Source of the DNA: Longimicrobiales bacterium
GTDB taxonomy: Bacteria > Gemmatimonadota > Gemmatimonadetes > Longimicrobiales > Gaopeijiaceae
Assembly (NCBI GenBank): GCA_965197725.1
Contig: CBDANQ010000059.1
Span: 1 to 64,000 of the forward strand
DNA length: 64,000 nt
Reading direction: 5' to 3'
Part shown: positions 50,910-59,871 of the stretch, piece by piece
Numbering within the stretch: the first letter of the stretch is position 1
Layout of the letters: each line of letters starts with the position of its first letter
Notes under the pieces: model-generated
The model's database searches: none
The model's input: the letters and a program-made list of their open reading frames with translations, nothing else
Told to the model about the DNA's origin: nothing
Translations under genes and position numbers: made by a program

Positions 50910-51410
50910 TCAGTGGTGACAGGTGAGGCAATCTATGCTTGCGTCGTTCTCCCTGTGGCACGACACGCACCAGCCCATGTCCGCTGTGTTAATCACCCGC
51001 TGGGCCACCGTCATCTGGCTGACGTCGCCGTGACACGTGGCGCATTCGACCTCGGCTCGAATGTGCGGTTTGTGCTTGAAATGGATCATCGCGGACGCCG
51101 GCATCACGTTCACTTTACGCCACAGCAACGGCTCACCGGTCTCGAGGTGCTCCATGAACTTCAGTACCTCCGGATGGTCCGGTATGGCGCGGCGGCGGTG
51201 ACAGACGGCGCAGGACGAAATCGCGGGCAGGCCGGCTTGCGCCTGGGTCTCAACGCCCTGGTGGCAACGCGTACAGGCTATGTCGTTCTCGCTGTGTGTC
51301 CGATGATTGAACGCGATCGGTTGCGCCGGCGGTGGCGGCGGCGGGTCGGAGCAGCCAGCCAGAAACGCCGTCGCGACGGCGAGGCCGAGGCAGCAGAGTC
51401 GAGGACGCAT
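50910..51410 (-). CDS. actA: Pentaheme cytochrome c (ActA/QrcA-like), lipoprotein
   Basis: QPIAFNH; five CxxCH (CTRCH, CAVCH, CATCH, CVSCH, CLTCH), MGWC; lipobox FLAGC. Confidence 0.9.
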   Translation of the reverse strand: MRPRLCCLGLAVATAFLAGCSDPPPPPPAQPIAFNHRTHSENDIACTRCHQGVETQAQAGLPAISSCAVCHRRRAIPDHPEVLKFMEHLETGEPLLWRKVNVMPASAMIHFKHKPHIRAEVECATCHGDVSQMTVAQRVINTADMGWCVSCHRENDASIDCLTCHH

Positions 51411-51425
51411 CCGGGCGGAGTTGAT

Positions 51426-51659
51426 CTAGCGCCTGACGGATCTGAGGAACGCGCCGCCACCTGACACGACCGCTCCATATACGTTGCCCGCTGCGTCGAC
51501 GGCCACCCCTTCTGGATTCGAGCCATCGGGATAAGGCAGGTCATTGATCGGGTCTGACACCTGAGCGACGGCTTCTCCTAGGGGTGCCGCAGCCGCCAGA
51601 AAGCGCCCCACCGCAAGGGTCGACCTCACTCGTTTCACGACCGTCACGACGCTCCGCAC
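51426..51659 (-). pseudogene. Collapsed NHL-repeat (PAL-like) secreted protein
   Basis: Signal-like start and PINDLP joined directly to a final blade PEGVAVDAAGNVYGAV. Confidence 0.6.
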
Positions 51660-51880
51660 CTGTTGCAGGCTTCCTCTCTCCTGACCCGGATGGGGAGACT
51701 AGATGGTGTGGGGAGGCCGGGCAAGGGAAGCTGCGCAACGAGTAGGTCGGGCTTCGATGCGAGCGCCTCGCTTTCCGCCTGGCCGGTCAGCGGGGCAGGT
51801 GCGACGGCCAGTAGCAGCCCGATCGCGAGGACCGGGCCGACGAGCACGGGACGGAGTCGGGGCGTAGAGGGCTCTACCAC
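51644..51880 (-). pseudogene. Orphan signal peptide/N-terminus of a secreted protein
   Basis: RLRPVLVGPVLAIGLLLAVAPAPLTGQ, then degenerates within a few dozen codons. Confidence 0.4.
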
Positions 51881-51967
51881 CCTCCCGTCACCACCATCGG
51901 ATCGGACGTCAAGAAGAATTGATACCGCCGAAGTGTGTTTCGGATGATCCTTCCATCTTCTCCAGGG

Positions 51968-53020
51968 TCAGGTTCCGGACGCTTCCGGCCTCAATGAGCG
52001 CACCTGCTTGCCCGCGCGCCAGATCTCCTCGTCGGCGAGCTCGGCCAACTCTTTCTCCAACCCCTCTCGGTAGTCGTCCGCGCTGCACGTCTCGATCACG
52101 ATCCGGGCCTCGTCTCCTGAGCTGACACTCTGATACAGCTCATCGAAGAGTGGAGCTACGGCGTCTCTGAACCGATGGCGCCAGTCGAGCGCCCCACGCT
52201 GGGCTGTCGTCGAGCAGTTCGCGTACATCCAGTCCATGCCGTTCTCGGCCACCAGGGGCATGAGGCTCTGAGTGAGCTCCTCGACCGTTTCGTTGAAAGC
52301 CTCGGATGGCGAGTGCCCGTTTTTTCGCAGGCAGTTGAACTGAGCCTCGAACACACCGGCGATCGCGCCCATCAGGACGCCGCGTTCGCCCGTCAGATCG
52401 GAGAGGACCTCCTTACGGAAGTCGGTCTTGAACAAGTACCCGGAGCCGACCCCGATGCCGAGCGAGACGACCCGGTCCTTCGCTCGACCGGTCGCGTCCT
52501 GGAAAATGGCGTAGCTCGAGTTGAGTCCTTTTCCCTGAAGGAAAAACCGACGCAGTGAAGTTCCCGAACCCTTCGGCGCGATCAGGACGACGTCGATGCC
52601 CTCGGGGGGGATGACCCCCGTGTCTTCCTTGAAGGTGATCGCGAAGCCGTGGGAGAAGTACAGGCACTTTCCGGGCGTCAGGTGGGACCGGATCGTACTC
52701 CACTGCGCGATCTGACCAGCGTCGGACAGCAAGTACTGAATGATGTCGCCCCTCCTGGCTGCCTCATCGATCTCGAAGAGGTTGTCCCCATCGACCCAAC
52801 CGTCCGCCACGGCCTTGTCCCAGCTCCTCGTGCCCCGCCTTTGGCCGACGATCACGTCGAAGCCGTTGTCCTTCAGGTTCAGAGCCTGTCCCGGTCCCTG
52901 AACGCCATATCCGAGCACCGCGATGGTCTCACTCGCGAGGCACTCGCGGGCTCGGTCCAACGGCCACTCGTCTCGAGTGATCACGTTCTCCAACTCGTCG
53001 CCAAACTGAATCTGTGCCAT
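51968..53020 (-). CDS. ilvC: Ketol-acid reductoisomerase (Ilv5/Bacteroidota-like type)
   Basis: LGYGVQGPGQALNL, LLSDAGQ, FSHGF, APKGSG, SDLTGERGVLMG, CSTTAQRGALDW. Confidence 0.96.
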   Translation of the reverse strand: MAQIQFGDELENVITRDEWPLDRARECLASETIAVLGYGVQGPGQALNLKDNGFDVIVGQRRGTRSWDKAVADGWVDGDNLFEIDEAARRGDIIQYLLSDAGQIAQWSTIRSHLTPGKCLYFSHGFAITFKEDTGVIPPEGIDVVLIAPKGSGTSLRRFFLQGKGLNSSYAIFQDATGRAKDRVVSLGIGVGSGYLFKTDFRKEVLSDLTGERGVLMGAIAGVFEAQFNCLRKNGHSPSEAFNETVEELTQSLMPLVAENGMDWMYANCSTTAQRGALDWRHRFRDAVAPLFDELYQSVSSGDEARIVIETCSADDYREGLEKELAELADEEIWRAGKQVRSLRPEASGT

Positions 53021-53024
53021 GTCT

Positions 53025-53074
53025 CCTGTGCCTCTGTGTGCTCGAGTCGCCTGTGCCTCTGTGTGCTCGAGTCG
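53025..53074. repeat. Exact 25-bp tandem duplication abutting the ilvC RBS
   Basis: CCTGTGCCTCTGTGTGCTCGAGTCG x2. Confidence 0.9.
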
Positions 53075-53104
53075 CCGGACGTGGGCGTTGGGTTGATGCG
53101 GAAA

Positions 53105-53611
53105 CTAGTCCCGTGCGGGGGCGCCGAAAATCGGTGAGCCCCGGGCCACCGCAATGGCGCCACTCCGCGCCACGGACTCGATCTCGGCCAAGCGCGCCAG
53201 GTCCTTCATAAAGCGGTCGATCTCGGGCCCACTCCCGATCAGCTCCAAGGTGCCATGCCCCTCGTCGTAAGCAAGGACATGCCCGCCAAATTCCTCCAGC
53301 ATCGCCGCCAGCCACGCTCGCGAATTGTCGGGCGTACGCACCTTGAGCAGGGCGAGCTCGCGCTCAATATGGTCTACGCCCGTCATGTCCGCGATGCTCA
53401 CGACGTCTACCAGCTTGCCGAGCTGGTTGAAGATCTGACGGATGACGTCGTCCGAGCCCAACGTGACCAGAGTCAGTCGCGAAACCGCCACGTCGTCCGT
53501 GGGCGCGACGTTCAGGCTCTCGATGTTGAAGCCACGGGACGAAAAGAGGTTGGCGACACGGGACAGCGCCCCGGCGTGATTCTCGAGCAGAATGGAGATG
53601 ATGTGTCGCAT
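53105..53611 (-). CDS. ilvH: Acetolactate synthase small regulatory subunit
   Basis: MRHIISILLENHAGALSRVANLFSSRGFNIESLNV, QLGKLVDV, ERELALLKV, ARSG. Confidence 0.95.
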   Translation of the reverse strand: MRHIISILLENHAGALSRVANLFSSRGFNIESLNVAPTDDVAVSRLTLVTLGSDDVIRQIFNQLGKLVDVVSIADMTGVDHIERELALLKVRTPDNSRAWLAAMLEEFGGHVLAYDEGHGTLELIGSGPEIDRFMKDLARLAEIESVARSGAIAVARGSPIFGAPARD

Positions 53612-53678
53612 TTGGAAAGTTGGGCTCGGAAGCGTAGCTATTGCAATGGGCCTGGTCCTCGTGGAGTTTGCACCCCTC

Positions 53679-55529
53679 ATGAATATCAAGGATCCAACGC
53701 AGCCAGACCGGACACATCTGCTTGCCGGCCGGATCATGAGCGGTGCAGAGATTCTCGTGCAAGTGCTGGCCGACGAGGGTGTCGCTACCGTGTTCGGCTA
53801 CAGTGGCGGCGCGATTCTGCCCACCTACGACGCCGTCTTCCGGTACAACGAGGAGCACGCCGAAGGCGACGTCGAGCCCATGCCCCTCGTCGTCCCGGCC
53901 AACGAGCAAGGTGCCGGGTTCATGGCCGCCGGCTATGCGCGCGCAAGCGGGGGCGTCGGCGCGGTGATCGTGACCTCGGGTCCGGGGGCGACGAACTGCG
54001 TCACCCCGGTCCGGGACTGCATGGCGGACTCTATCCCCATCGTGGTCATTTGCGGGCAGGTGCCGACGGCATCGATCGGGACGGACGCCTTCCAGGAAGC
54101 ACCCGTGGTGGCCATCATGGGCGCCGTCGCGAAACACGTGCTTCTGGTGACGGACGCGGAGCAGCTCGAAGCCACCGTGCGCACGGCCTTCGAGATCGCC
54201 CGTACGGGACGGCCGGGACCGGTGGTCGTGGACGTTCCCAAAGACTTGCAGAACTGGGAGGGGGCCTTTCGCGGTGAAGGCCGACTGGAGATCCCCGGCT
54301 ACCGGCAGCGACTGGACGTCATCCAAGCCAACACCCTGAGCGAAGACCGTTGTGCGGAGTTCTTCGCGATGCTCGCGGAGAGTAGGCGACCGCTGATCTA
54401 CGCCGGTGGGGGAGTCATCAAAGCGAACGCGAGTTCGGGACTTCGCGCCCTGGCCGAGACCTTCGAGATCCCCGTCGTCACCACGCTCATGGGGCTGGGC
54501 TGCATGGATACCACCCGGCCGCTCTCCCTCCACATGCTGGGCATGCACGGGACCGCGTATGCAAACTACGCTACGGACGACTGCGATCTACTGATCGCGA
54601 TGGGCGCTCGCTTCGACGACCGTGTGGCGGGCGTCCCGACACACTTCGCGGCCAATGCGCGCCGCGTCCTCCACTTCGACATCGATCCCTCGGAGATCAG
54701 CAAGGTCAAGAATGCCGACTGGCACTACGTGGGGTGCTTGCGGGAGGCTCTCGATTCTCTCGTCGCCCATGGCTCTGGGACGGGGTTTTCGGGAGACTTC
54801 TCCGAGTGGCACGCCGAGATCGCCAACCTCAAGTCCACGTACGCTCTGAACTACGACCGCGAGAGCGAGCTCGTCCAGCCCCACTACGTGCTCGAGACCA
54901 TGAACCGCATCACCAAGGGCGAGGCGATCGTCTCGACCGGCGTGGGCCAGCATCAGATGTGGGCTGCACAGTACTGCGACTTCCGGGAGCCGCGCCTGTG
55001 GCTCACCTCGGGCAGCATGGGCACGATGGGCTTCGGTCTGCCGGCGGCGATCGGCGCACAGTTCGCGTGCCCGGACAAGCTCGTCATCGTCGTGGACGGT
55101 GACGGCAGCATGCGCATGAACCTCGGCGAGCTGGAGACCGTGACGACCTATGATCTGCCGATCAAGGTCATGGTGCTGAACAACTACGGCGACGGCATGG
55201 TCATGCAGTGGCAGCGGCTCTTCTTCAAGGGACGGCTGTCGGGGAGTGACAAGTCCCTGCGCAAGAAGGACTTCGTGAAGACCGCCGAAGCCGACGGGTT
55301 CCAGTACGCCAGGCGGTTGGATCGCAAGGAGGACGTCCTCCGAATGCTGGAGGAATTCCTGAGCTTCGACGGCCCCGCATTCCTGGAGGTGATCATCGAC
55401 CCGGGGGCCGGCGTATACCCCATGGTGGGGCCGGGTCTCTCCTATCGCGACATGATCACCGGCGACTTCATTCCCGACCGGTACGATGTGGAGGAGCCCG
55501 AAGAGCCCGACGCCTCAGAGATGTTCTGA
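53679..55529 (+). CDS. ilvB: Acetolactate synthase large catalytic subunit
   Basis: FGYSGGAILP, EQGAGFMA, TSGPGATN, GARFDDRV, GVGQHQMW, GTMGFGLP, DGDGS ThDP motif. Confidence 0.96.
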   Translation: MNIKDPTQPDRTHLLAGRIMSGAEILVQVLADEGVATVFGYSGGAILPTYDAVFRYNEEHAEGDVEPMPLVVPANEQGAGFMAAGYARASGGVGAVIVTSGPGATNCVTPVRDCMADSIPIVVICGQVPTASIGTDAFQEAPVVAIMGAVAKHVLLVTDAEQLEATVRTAFEIARTGRPGPVVVDVPKDLQNWEGAFRGEGRLEIPGYRQRLDVIQANTLSEDRCAEFFAMLAESRRPLIYAGGGVIKANASSGLRALAETFEIPVVTTLMGLGCMDTTRPLSLHMLGMHGTAYANYATDDCDLLIAMGARFDDRVAGVPTHFAANARRVLHFDIDPSEISKVKNADWHYVGCLREALDSLVAHGSGTGFSGDFSEWHAEIANLKSTYALNYDRESELVQPHYVLETMNRITKGEAIVSTGVGQHQMWAAQYCDFREPRLWLTSGSMGTMGFGLPAAIGAQFACPDKLVIVVDGDGSMRMNLGELETVTTYDLPIKVMVLNNYGDGMVMQWQRLFFKGRLSGSDKSLRKKDFVKTAEADGFQYARRLDRKEDVLRMLEEFLSFDGPAFLEVIIDPGAGVYPMVGPGLSYRDMITGDFIPDRYDVEEPEEPDASEMF

Positions 55530-56228
55530 CGGGTCTGCGGGCGACCCCTCACCTGGACTCAGGAGACCGACCAGCTTGTGCAGGTGAGGGCCTGCGTCCC
55601 GAGGAGATGCGCAGCGAGGGAGGCACATAATGCCTGCCGCACCGAGCTGCCAAGGGGTCGCCAGGAGGAACTTCTCGAGGGCCGCGGCGTTGCTCCCGGT
55701 CGATTCGTCAGGCGTTGATGGGGCCGAGAAAACCACTCCGAGAGCCTCGACGCCACCTGAGGTCGCCACGGCGATGCTGAGAAGCACGGAATTCAATACT
55801 CCGAGCTGGTCTGGGGCGACGATCAATACCGGCGCGGACAGTTCGATCGCCAGATCGAGTGAAGTCTTGCTCCAAGTCAGCGGCGACAGGAGTCCGCCCG
55901 CACCCTCGATCAGCACGATGTCCGCGGACGAGGACTCGATACGCTTCAGCCAATTCGACCAATCGAGAATCCTTCCCTCCGCATCGGCCGCAACCGGTGG
56001 CGCAACTGGTTTCGACAGGATCGTCAACGCTTCCCGCGGCCCGACCTGACGGGTTGCGGCGGCGATCACGAAACCGTCCCGCGAATCTGGCGGAACCGTG
56101 TCCGCCCCTGACTCCACGGGCTTGATCGCGGTCACCGTAATGAGCCTCTCGGACAACGCCAGCCCGAGAGCGGCCGTGACGAATGTCTTGCCGACTCCAG
56201 TACCCGAGCCCGCGACCACGAGTCTCAA
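55515..56228 (-). CDS. bioD: Dethiobiotin synthase
   Basis: GTGVGKT, KPVESG, EGAGGLLSPL; bio operon context. Confidence 0.93.
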   Translation of the reverse strand: MRLVVAGSGTGVGKTFVTAALGLALSERLITVTAIKPVESGADTVPPDSRDGFVIAAATRQVGPREALTILSKPVAPPVAADAEGRILDWSNWLKRIESSSADIVLIEGAGGLLSPLTWSKTSLDLAIELSAPVLIVAPDQLGVLNSVLLSIAVATSGGVEALGVVFSAPSTPDESTGSNAAALEKFLLATPWQLGAAGIMCLPRCASPRDAGPHLHKLVGLLSPGEGSPADPSEHL

Positions 56229-57556
56229 CCGAACTCGACCTCCAGGCCGTGCGCTAGTGCCGCAGCGATCTGAGTGATCTCGGGAAGCGTTACGGAAAGC
56301 GGTGGCATGAGCACAACCACATCACCGAGAGGTCTTAGGAAAACGCCCTCATCCCGAGCATGCCGACACACCCGAAATCCGCGGCGTTCCCCGACCGGGA
56401 AGGGGGATCGGGTTTCATGATCTTCGACGAGCTCGACGCCCACAGCTAGTCCATATTGCCGTATGTCTCCAACGCGGCTGTGCGACCGAAGTGACTCCAG
56501 CTCATCGGTGAGATGGGCGATCTTGGCTGGGAGACCTTCCAGGATGCCGTCGCTCTCGAAGATATCCAAGGTCGCGAGCGCCGCGACACAGCCGAGCGCA
56601 TTCCCCGTGTAGGTGTGTCCGTGGAAAAAAGTGCGGCCGTCCTCCGGCGCCCCGAGGAACGCGCTGAAAATCGCTTCCGTGGCGAGGGTCGCCGCAAGCG
56701 GCAGGTAGCCACCCGTCAACGCTTTCGCCATACAGAGAAGGTCCGGTGTCACACCTTCCCTCTCTGAGGCGAAGAAGCGACCGGAACGCCCCATGCCCAT
56801 GGCGACCTCATCGAAAACCAAGAGTACGTCGTGCTCCTGGGTCAACTGACGTACTCGACGCAGGTAGCCCTCAGGGTACGGGATCATGCCTCCGGCACCC
56901 TGCATGCCCGGCTCCAAGATCACCGCGATCAAGTGGTCCGACTTCTCCAAGAAGATTCTCTCGAATTCAGCCAGATGATCCGTGTCGGGATCACGGTACA
57001 CGTAGGGTGAAGGCGCCCGAACGACGTCGAAGAGCAGCGGGCGAAACCTGGCGTGGAACAGATCGATGCCCCCGACGGACACCGCACCGACGGTGTCCCC
57101 GTTGTAGCCGTTTCTAAGCGCCATGAAGCGATTACGACCGGTCCGCCCACTTTGTTGGCAGAACTGATGGGCCATCTTGATGGCGATTTCGGTGGCCGTC
57201 GATCCATTGTCCGAAAAGAAAACTCGCGTCAGGCCGGAAGGTGCGAGGTCGACCAGGCGCTTTGCCAGAACCACTCCGGGACCGGAAGCGTTACCCAGGA
57301 AAGTGGCGTGGGCGATCCGGTCCAATTGGTCCCGTATCGCTTGGTCGATCTCATGCCGCCGATGGCCGAACGGGCTGCACCAAATCGAAGCCACGGCGTC
57401 CAGATACCGGTTGCCGTCCACGTCGATCAGATAGTGCCCGTCCCCTTCGACTACCATGAGAGGTTGGTCCTGTCGATACGTCGAGTGTGGCGTGAACGGG
57501 TGCCAGACGTGCGCGTCATCCCACGCGATCAGCGTGTCCTTGTCGGGAAGCTCCAT
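56225..57556 (-). CDS. bioA: 7,8-diaminopelargonic acid aminotransferase
   Basis: VWHPFT, FSDNGSTA, GDTVGAVSVG, QGAGGM, DEVAMG.GRSG, AKALTGGYLPL, FFHGHTYTGN. Confidence 0.95.
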   Translation of the reverse strand: MELPDKDTLIAWDDAHVWHPFTPHSTYRQDQPLMVVEGDGHYLIDVDGNRYLDAVASIWCSPFGHRRHEIDQAIRDQLDRIAHATFLGNASGPGVVLAKRLVDLAPSGLTRVFFSDNGSTATEIAIKMAHQFCQQSGRTGRNRFMALRNGYNGDTVGAVSVGGIDLFHARFRPLLFDVVRAPSPYVYRDPDTDHLAEFERIFLEKSDHLIAVILEPGMQGAGGMIPYPEGYLRRVRQLTQEHDVLLVFDEVAMGMGRSGRFFASEREGVTPDLLCMAKALTGGYLPLAATLATEAIFSAFLGAPEDGRTFFHGHTYTGNALGCVAALATLDIFESDGILEGLPAKIAHLTDELESLRSHSRVGDIRQYGLAVGVELVEDHETRSPFPVGERRGFRVCRHARDEGVFLRPLGDVVVLMPPLSVTLPEITQIAAALAHGLEVEFG

Positions 57557-57561
57557 CGTTC

Positions 57562-58566
57562 CTAGTCGGAGGTCGGAGTTTGAGGGACCACGGCGGGCTC
57601 GAAGCCAGCCTCGGCAATCATCCGCAAATCCTCGGATGACTTGGCGCCGGGCGTGGTCAAATAGCCTTCGGTGAACATCGAATTCGCGGCGAACAGCGCG
57701 AGCGACTGCATGGACCTAAGCGTGGCCTCACGTCCACCAGCGACCCTGAGGTCAACCTCCGGAAGCACGAACCGAAACATGGACAAGGCGCGCAAGCACG
57801 CCACCGGGCTCATGCGGGGCTTTGAGCCGAGGGGAGTTCCGGGCCTCGGATCAAGGAAGTTGAGAGGAACTGACTCGACCTCGAGCTCTCGAAGAAGAAG
57901 TGCCAGATCGACCCAGTCCGCCACGTCCTCACCCATCCCGAGGATTCCACCGCAGCATGCCTCCAAGCCGGCCGCTCTGGCCAGCTTCACGGTACTGACC
58001 CTGTCTTGGATCGAATGGGTCGTAACGATCTCGGGAAAGTGGCGCGGTGAGGTCTCGAGATTGTGGTTGTACCGATCGACGCCAGCCTGCTTCAGCTCGC
58101 CGGCCTGTCCATCGGCTAGCAGCCCCAAGGACGCACAGAGTCTGAGACCCGGCATCTCACCCTTGATCTGTCGGGAGGCCTCGCAGATGGTCTGAAGCTC
58201 CCTGGCAGACGGTCCGCGTGTGCTGGTCACCATGCAATAGGTCACGGCCCCGGAAGCCAGGGCGCCACGTGCGCCCGAAATAAGATCTTCTACCGTCTTG
58301 ATCGGGTAACGCTGCGCATCGCCCTCGTACCGTGTGGATTGACTGCAAAACTTGCAGTCCTCCGGGCAGAGGCCGCTCTTCGCGTTCTGAAGAACGTGCA
58401 GGTTCACCGATCGGCCATGAAATCGGCGCCGTATCTTGAACGCGGCACTCAAGAGCGTGAGGACCTCCACATCCGGGCTGGACGCCAGATCCATCGCCTC
58501 TTCTCGACTTATCGCAGAACCTGAGATGACCTCCTCAGCCATCCCATCGTAGTCTATCGAGTTCAT
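57562..58566 (-). CDS. bioB: Biotin synthase (radical SAM)
   Basis: KSGLCPEDCKFCSQS, YNHNLET, CCGGILGMGE, VPLNFL, AGGRE, YLTT. Confidence 0.96.
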   Translation of the reverse strand: MNSIDYDGMAEEVISGSAISREEAMDLASSPDVEVLTLLSAAFKIRRRFHGRSVNLHVLQNAKSGLCPEDCKFCSQSTRYEGDAQRYPIKTVEDLISGARGALASGAVTYCMVTSTRGPSARELQTICEASRQIKGEMPGLRLCASLGLLADGQAGELKQAGVDRYNHNLETSPRHFPEIVTTHSIQDRVSTVKLARAAGLEACCGGILGMGEDVADWVDLALLLRELEVESVPLNFLDPRPGTPLGSKPRMSPVACLRALSMFRFVLPEVDLRVAGGREATLRSMQSLALFAANSMFTEGYLTTPGAKSSEDLRMIAEAGFEPAVVPQTPTSD

Positions 58567-59777
58567 CGAGCTCCTTGTTTTCTCGGGGTGGGAGGTACTC
58601 GCGGTAGGATCCTGGACAGGGCCAGGAGAAGACCCTCTAGATCAGCGTCCGTGTGGACTGCGCTCACGGTGATTCTCAGTCTCGCCGTGCCCCGAGGGAC
58701 CGTCGGTGGCCGAATCGCGCCCACCAGGTATCCGGCGGCCAGGAGTTCATTCGCGATCGCGCTCGTCCGCTTCAAGTCTCCTATGACGAGCGGCAAGATA
58801 TGTCCGGGTATGTCCGTAGGAAGTGGCACCCCAATCTCTCGGAGCCCTTCACTGAGATACTTAGCGTTGGCCCACAGCGCATCGCGACGCCACTCTTCAC
58901 GTCTGGCAACGTCGAGCGCGGCAGTCACACCGGCTGCCAAGGCCGGAGGCGTGCCCGTCGTGAATATGAACGACCGCGCGCGGTTGAGCAGGAAGCGCCT
59001 AAGATCCTCGCTGCCCGCGACGAACGCTCCAGAGACGCCAAGCGCTTTGCCCAAGGTGCCAATGGTGACATGCACCATGCCGTGCACGCCGCAACGATCA
59101 GCCGAGCCTGACCCGTCTCGGCCCAGCACCGCGGTACCGTGAGCGTCGTCGACATAGCTCAGGGCTTGGTGGCGATCGCAAAGCGAGACGAGCTCCCGCA
59201 ATGGAAAGACATCCCCGTCCATCGAGTATACGCCCTCCACCACCACGAGTCGCCCGTCGTATTTCCTCTGGTCTTCGATGAGCAGACGCTCCAGCGTCAC
59301 CAGATCGCCGTGGGGAAACACGCGAGTCTCGGCGCGCGACAGCCGACACCCGTCGATGATCGACGCGTGATTGAGGGCGTCTGAGTAGATGACGTCGCGC
59401 GGCCCCGCGAGGGCCGGCAAAGCCCCCACATTCGCGGCATAGCCCGAGCTGAACAGGAGGGCCGCATCCACTCCCTTCAAGGCGGCAAGTTCCCGCTCAA
59501 CCGCCTCATGAAGCACGTGGTTCCCGGATATGGACCGCGAAGCCGCCGCCCCGACACCGACACACTCTAGCGAGTCTACGACCGCGGCGGTGACGTCCGG
59601 ATGGCTAGCGAGACCAAGGTAATCGTTCGACGAGAAGTCGACGACGCGCTGACCACCCAGCAGAATCCCCGCCCCTTCCCGCCCCTCGATCACCCTCAGG
59701 GAGCGAAGGAGACCCGCATGCTCTAGATTGTCCAGTGTTCGTTCGATGCCCTCCAGAGTGAGCCTGGTTCTCACCAT
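58563..59777 (-). CDS. bioF: 8-amino-7-oxononanoate synthase
   Basis: FSSNDYLGL, SGYAAN, LNHASIIDG, YSMDGD, DDAHG, GTLGKALG, IRPPTVP. Confidence 0.94.
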   Translation of the reverse strand: MVRTRLTLEGIERTLDNLEHAGLLRSLRVIEGREGAGILLGGQRVVDFSSNDYLGLASHPDVTAAVVDSLECVGVGAAASRSISGNHVLHEAVERELAALKGVDAALLFSSGYAANVGALPALAGPRDVIYSDALNHASIIDGCRLSRAETRVFPHGDLVTLERLLIEDQRKYDGRLVVVEGVYSMDGDVFPLRELVSLCDRHQALSYVDDAHGTAVLGRDGSGSADRCGVHGMVHVTIGTLGKALGVSGAFVAGSEDLRRFLLNRARSFIFTTGTPPALAAGVTAALDVARREEWRRDALWANAKYLSEGLREIGVPLPTDIPGHILPLVIGDLKRTSAIANELLAAGYLVGAIRPPTVPRGTARLRITVSAVHTDADLEGLLLALSRILPRVPPTPRKQGAR

Positions 59778-59871
59778 TCCATAGCAGCCCCGGTTCGGTG
59801 GTCACGATCTACACCTAGGGGGGCCTACTCCATTCTCCGCGCTTGGATCCCGAAGACGAGTCCCGCCCCGC

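Noticed and set aside
50832..53076. CRISPR array at the short repeats
   Set aside because: Units are too short or directly tandem with no unique spacers, and there are no cas genes
53592..53737. Apparent overlap of ilvH and ilvB 5' ends in the ORF track
   Set aside because: Homology starts at 53611 and 53679; the extensions are artefacts of choosing the longest ORF
59778..59871. BirA operator or riboswitch upstream of bioF
   Set aside because: No convincing palindrome or known aptamer seen
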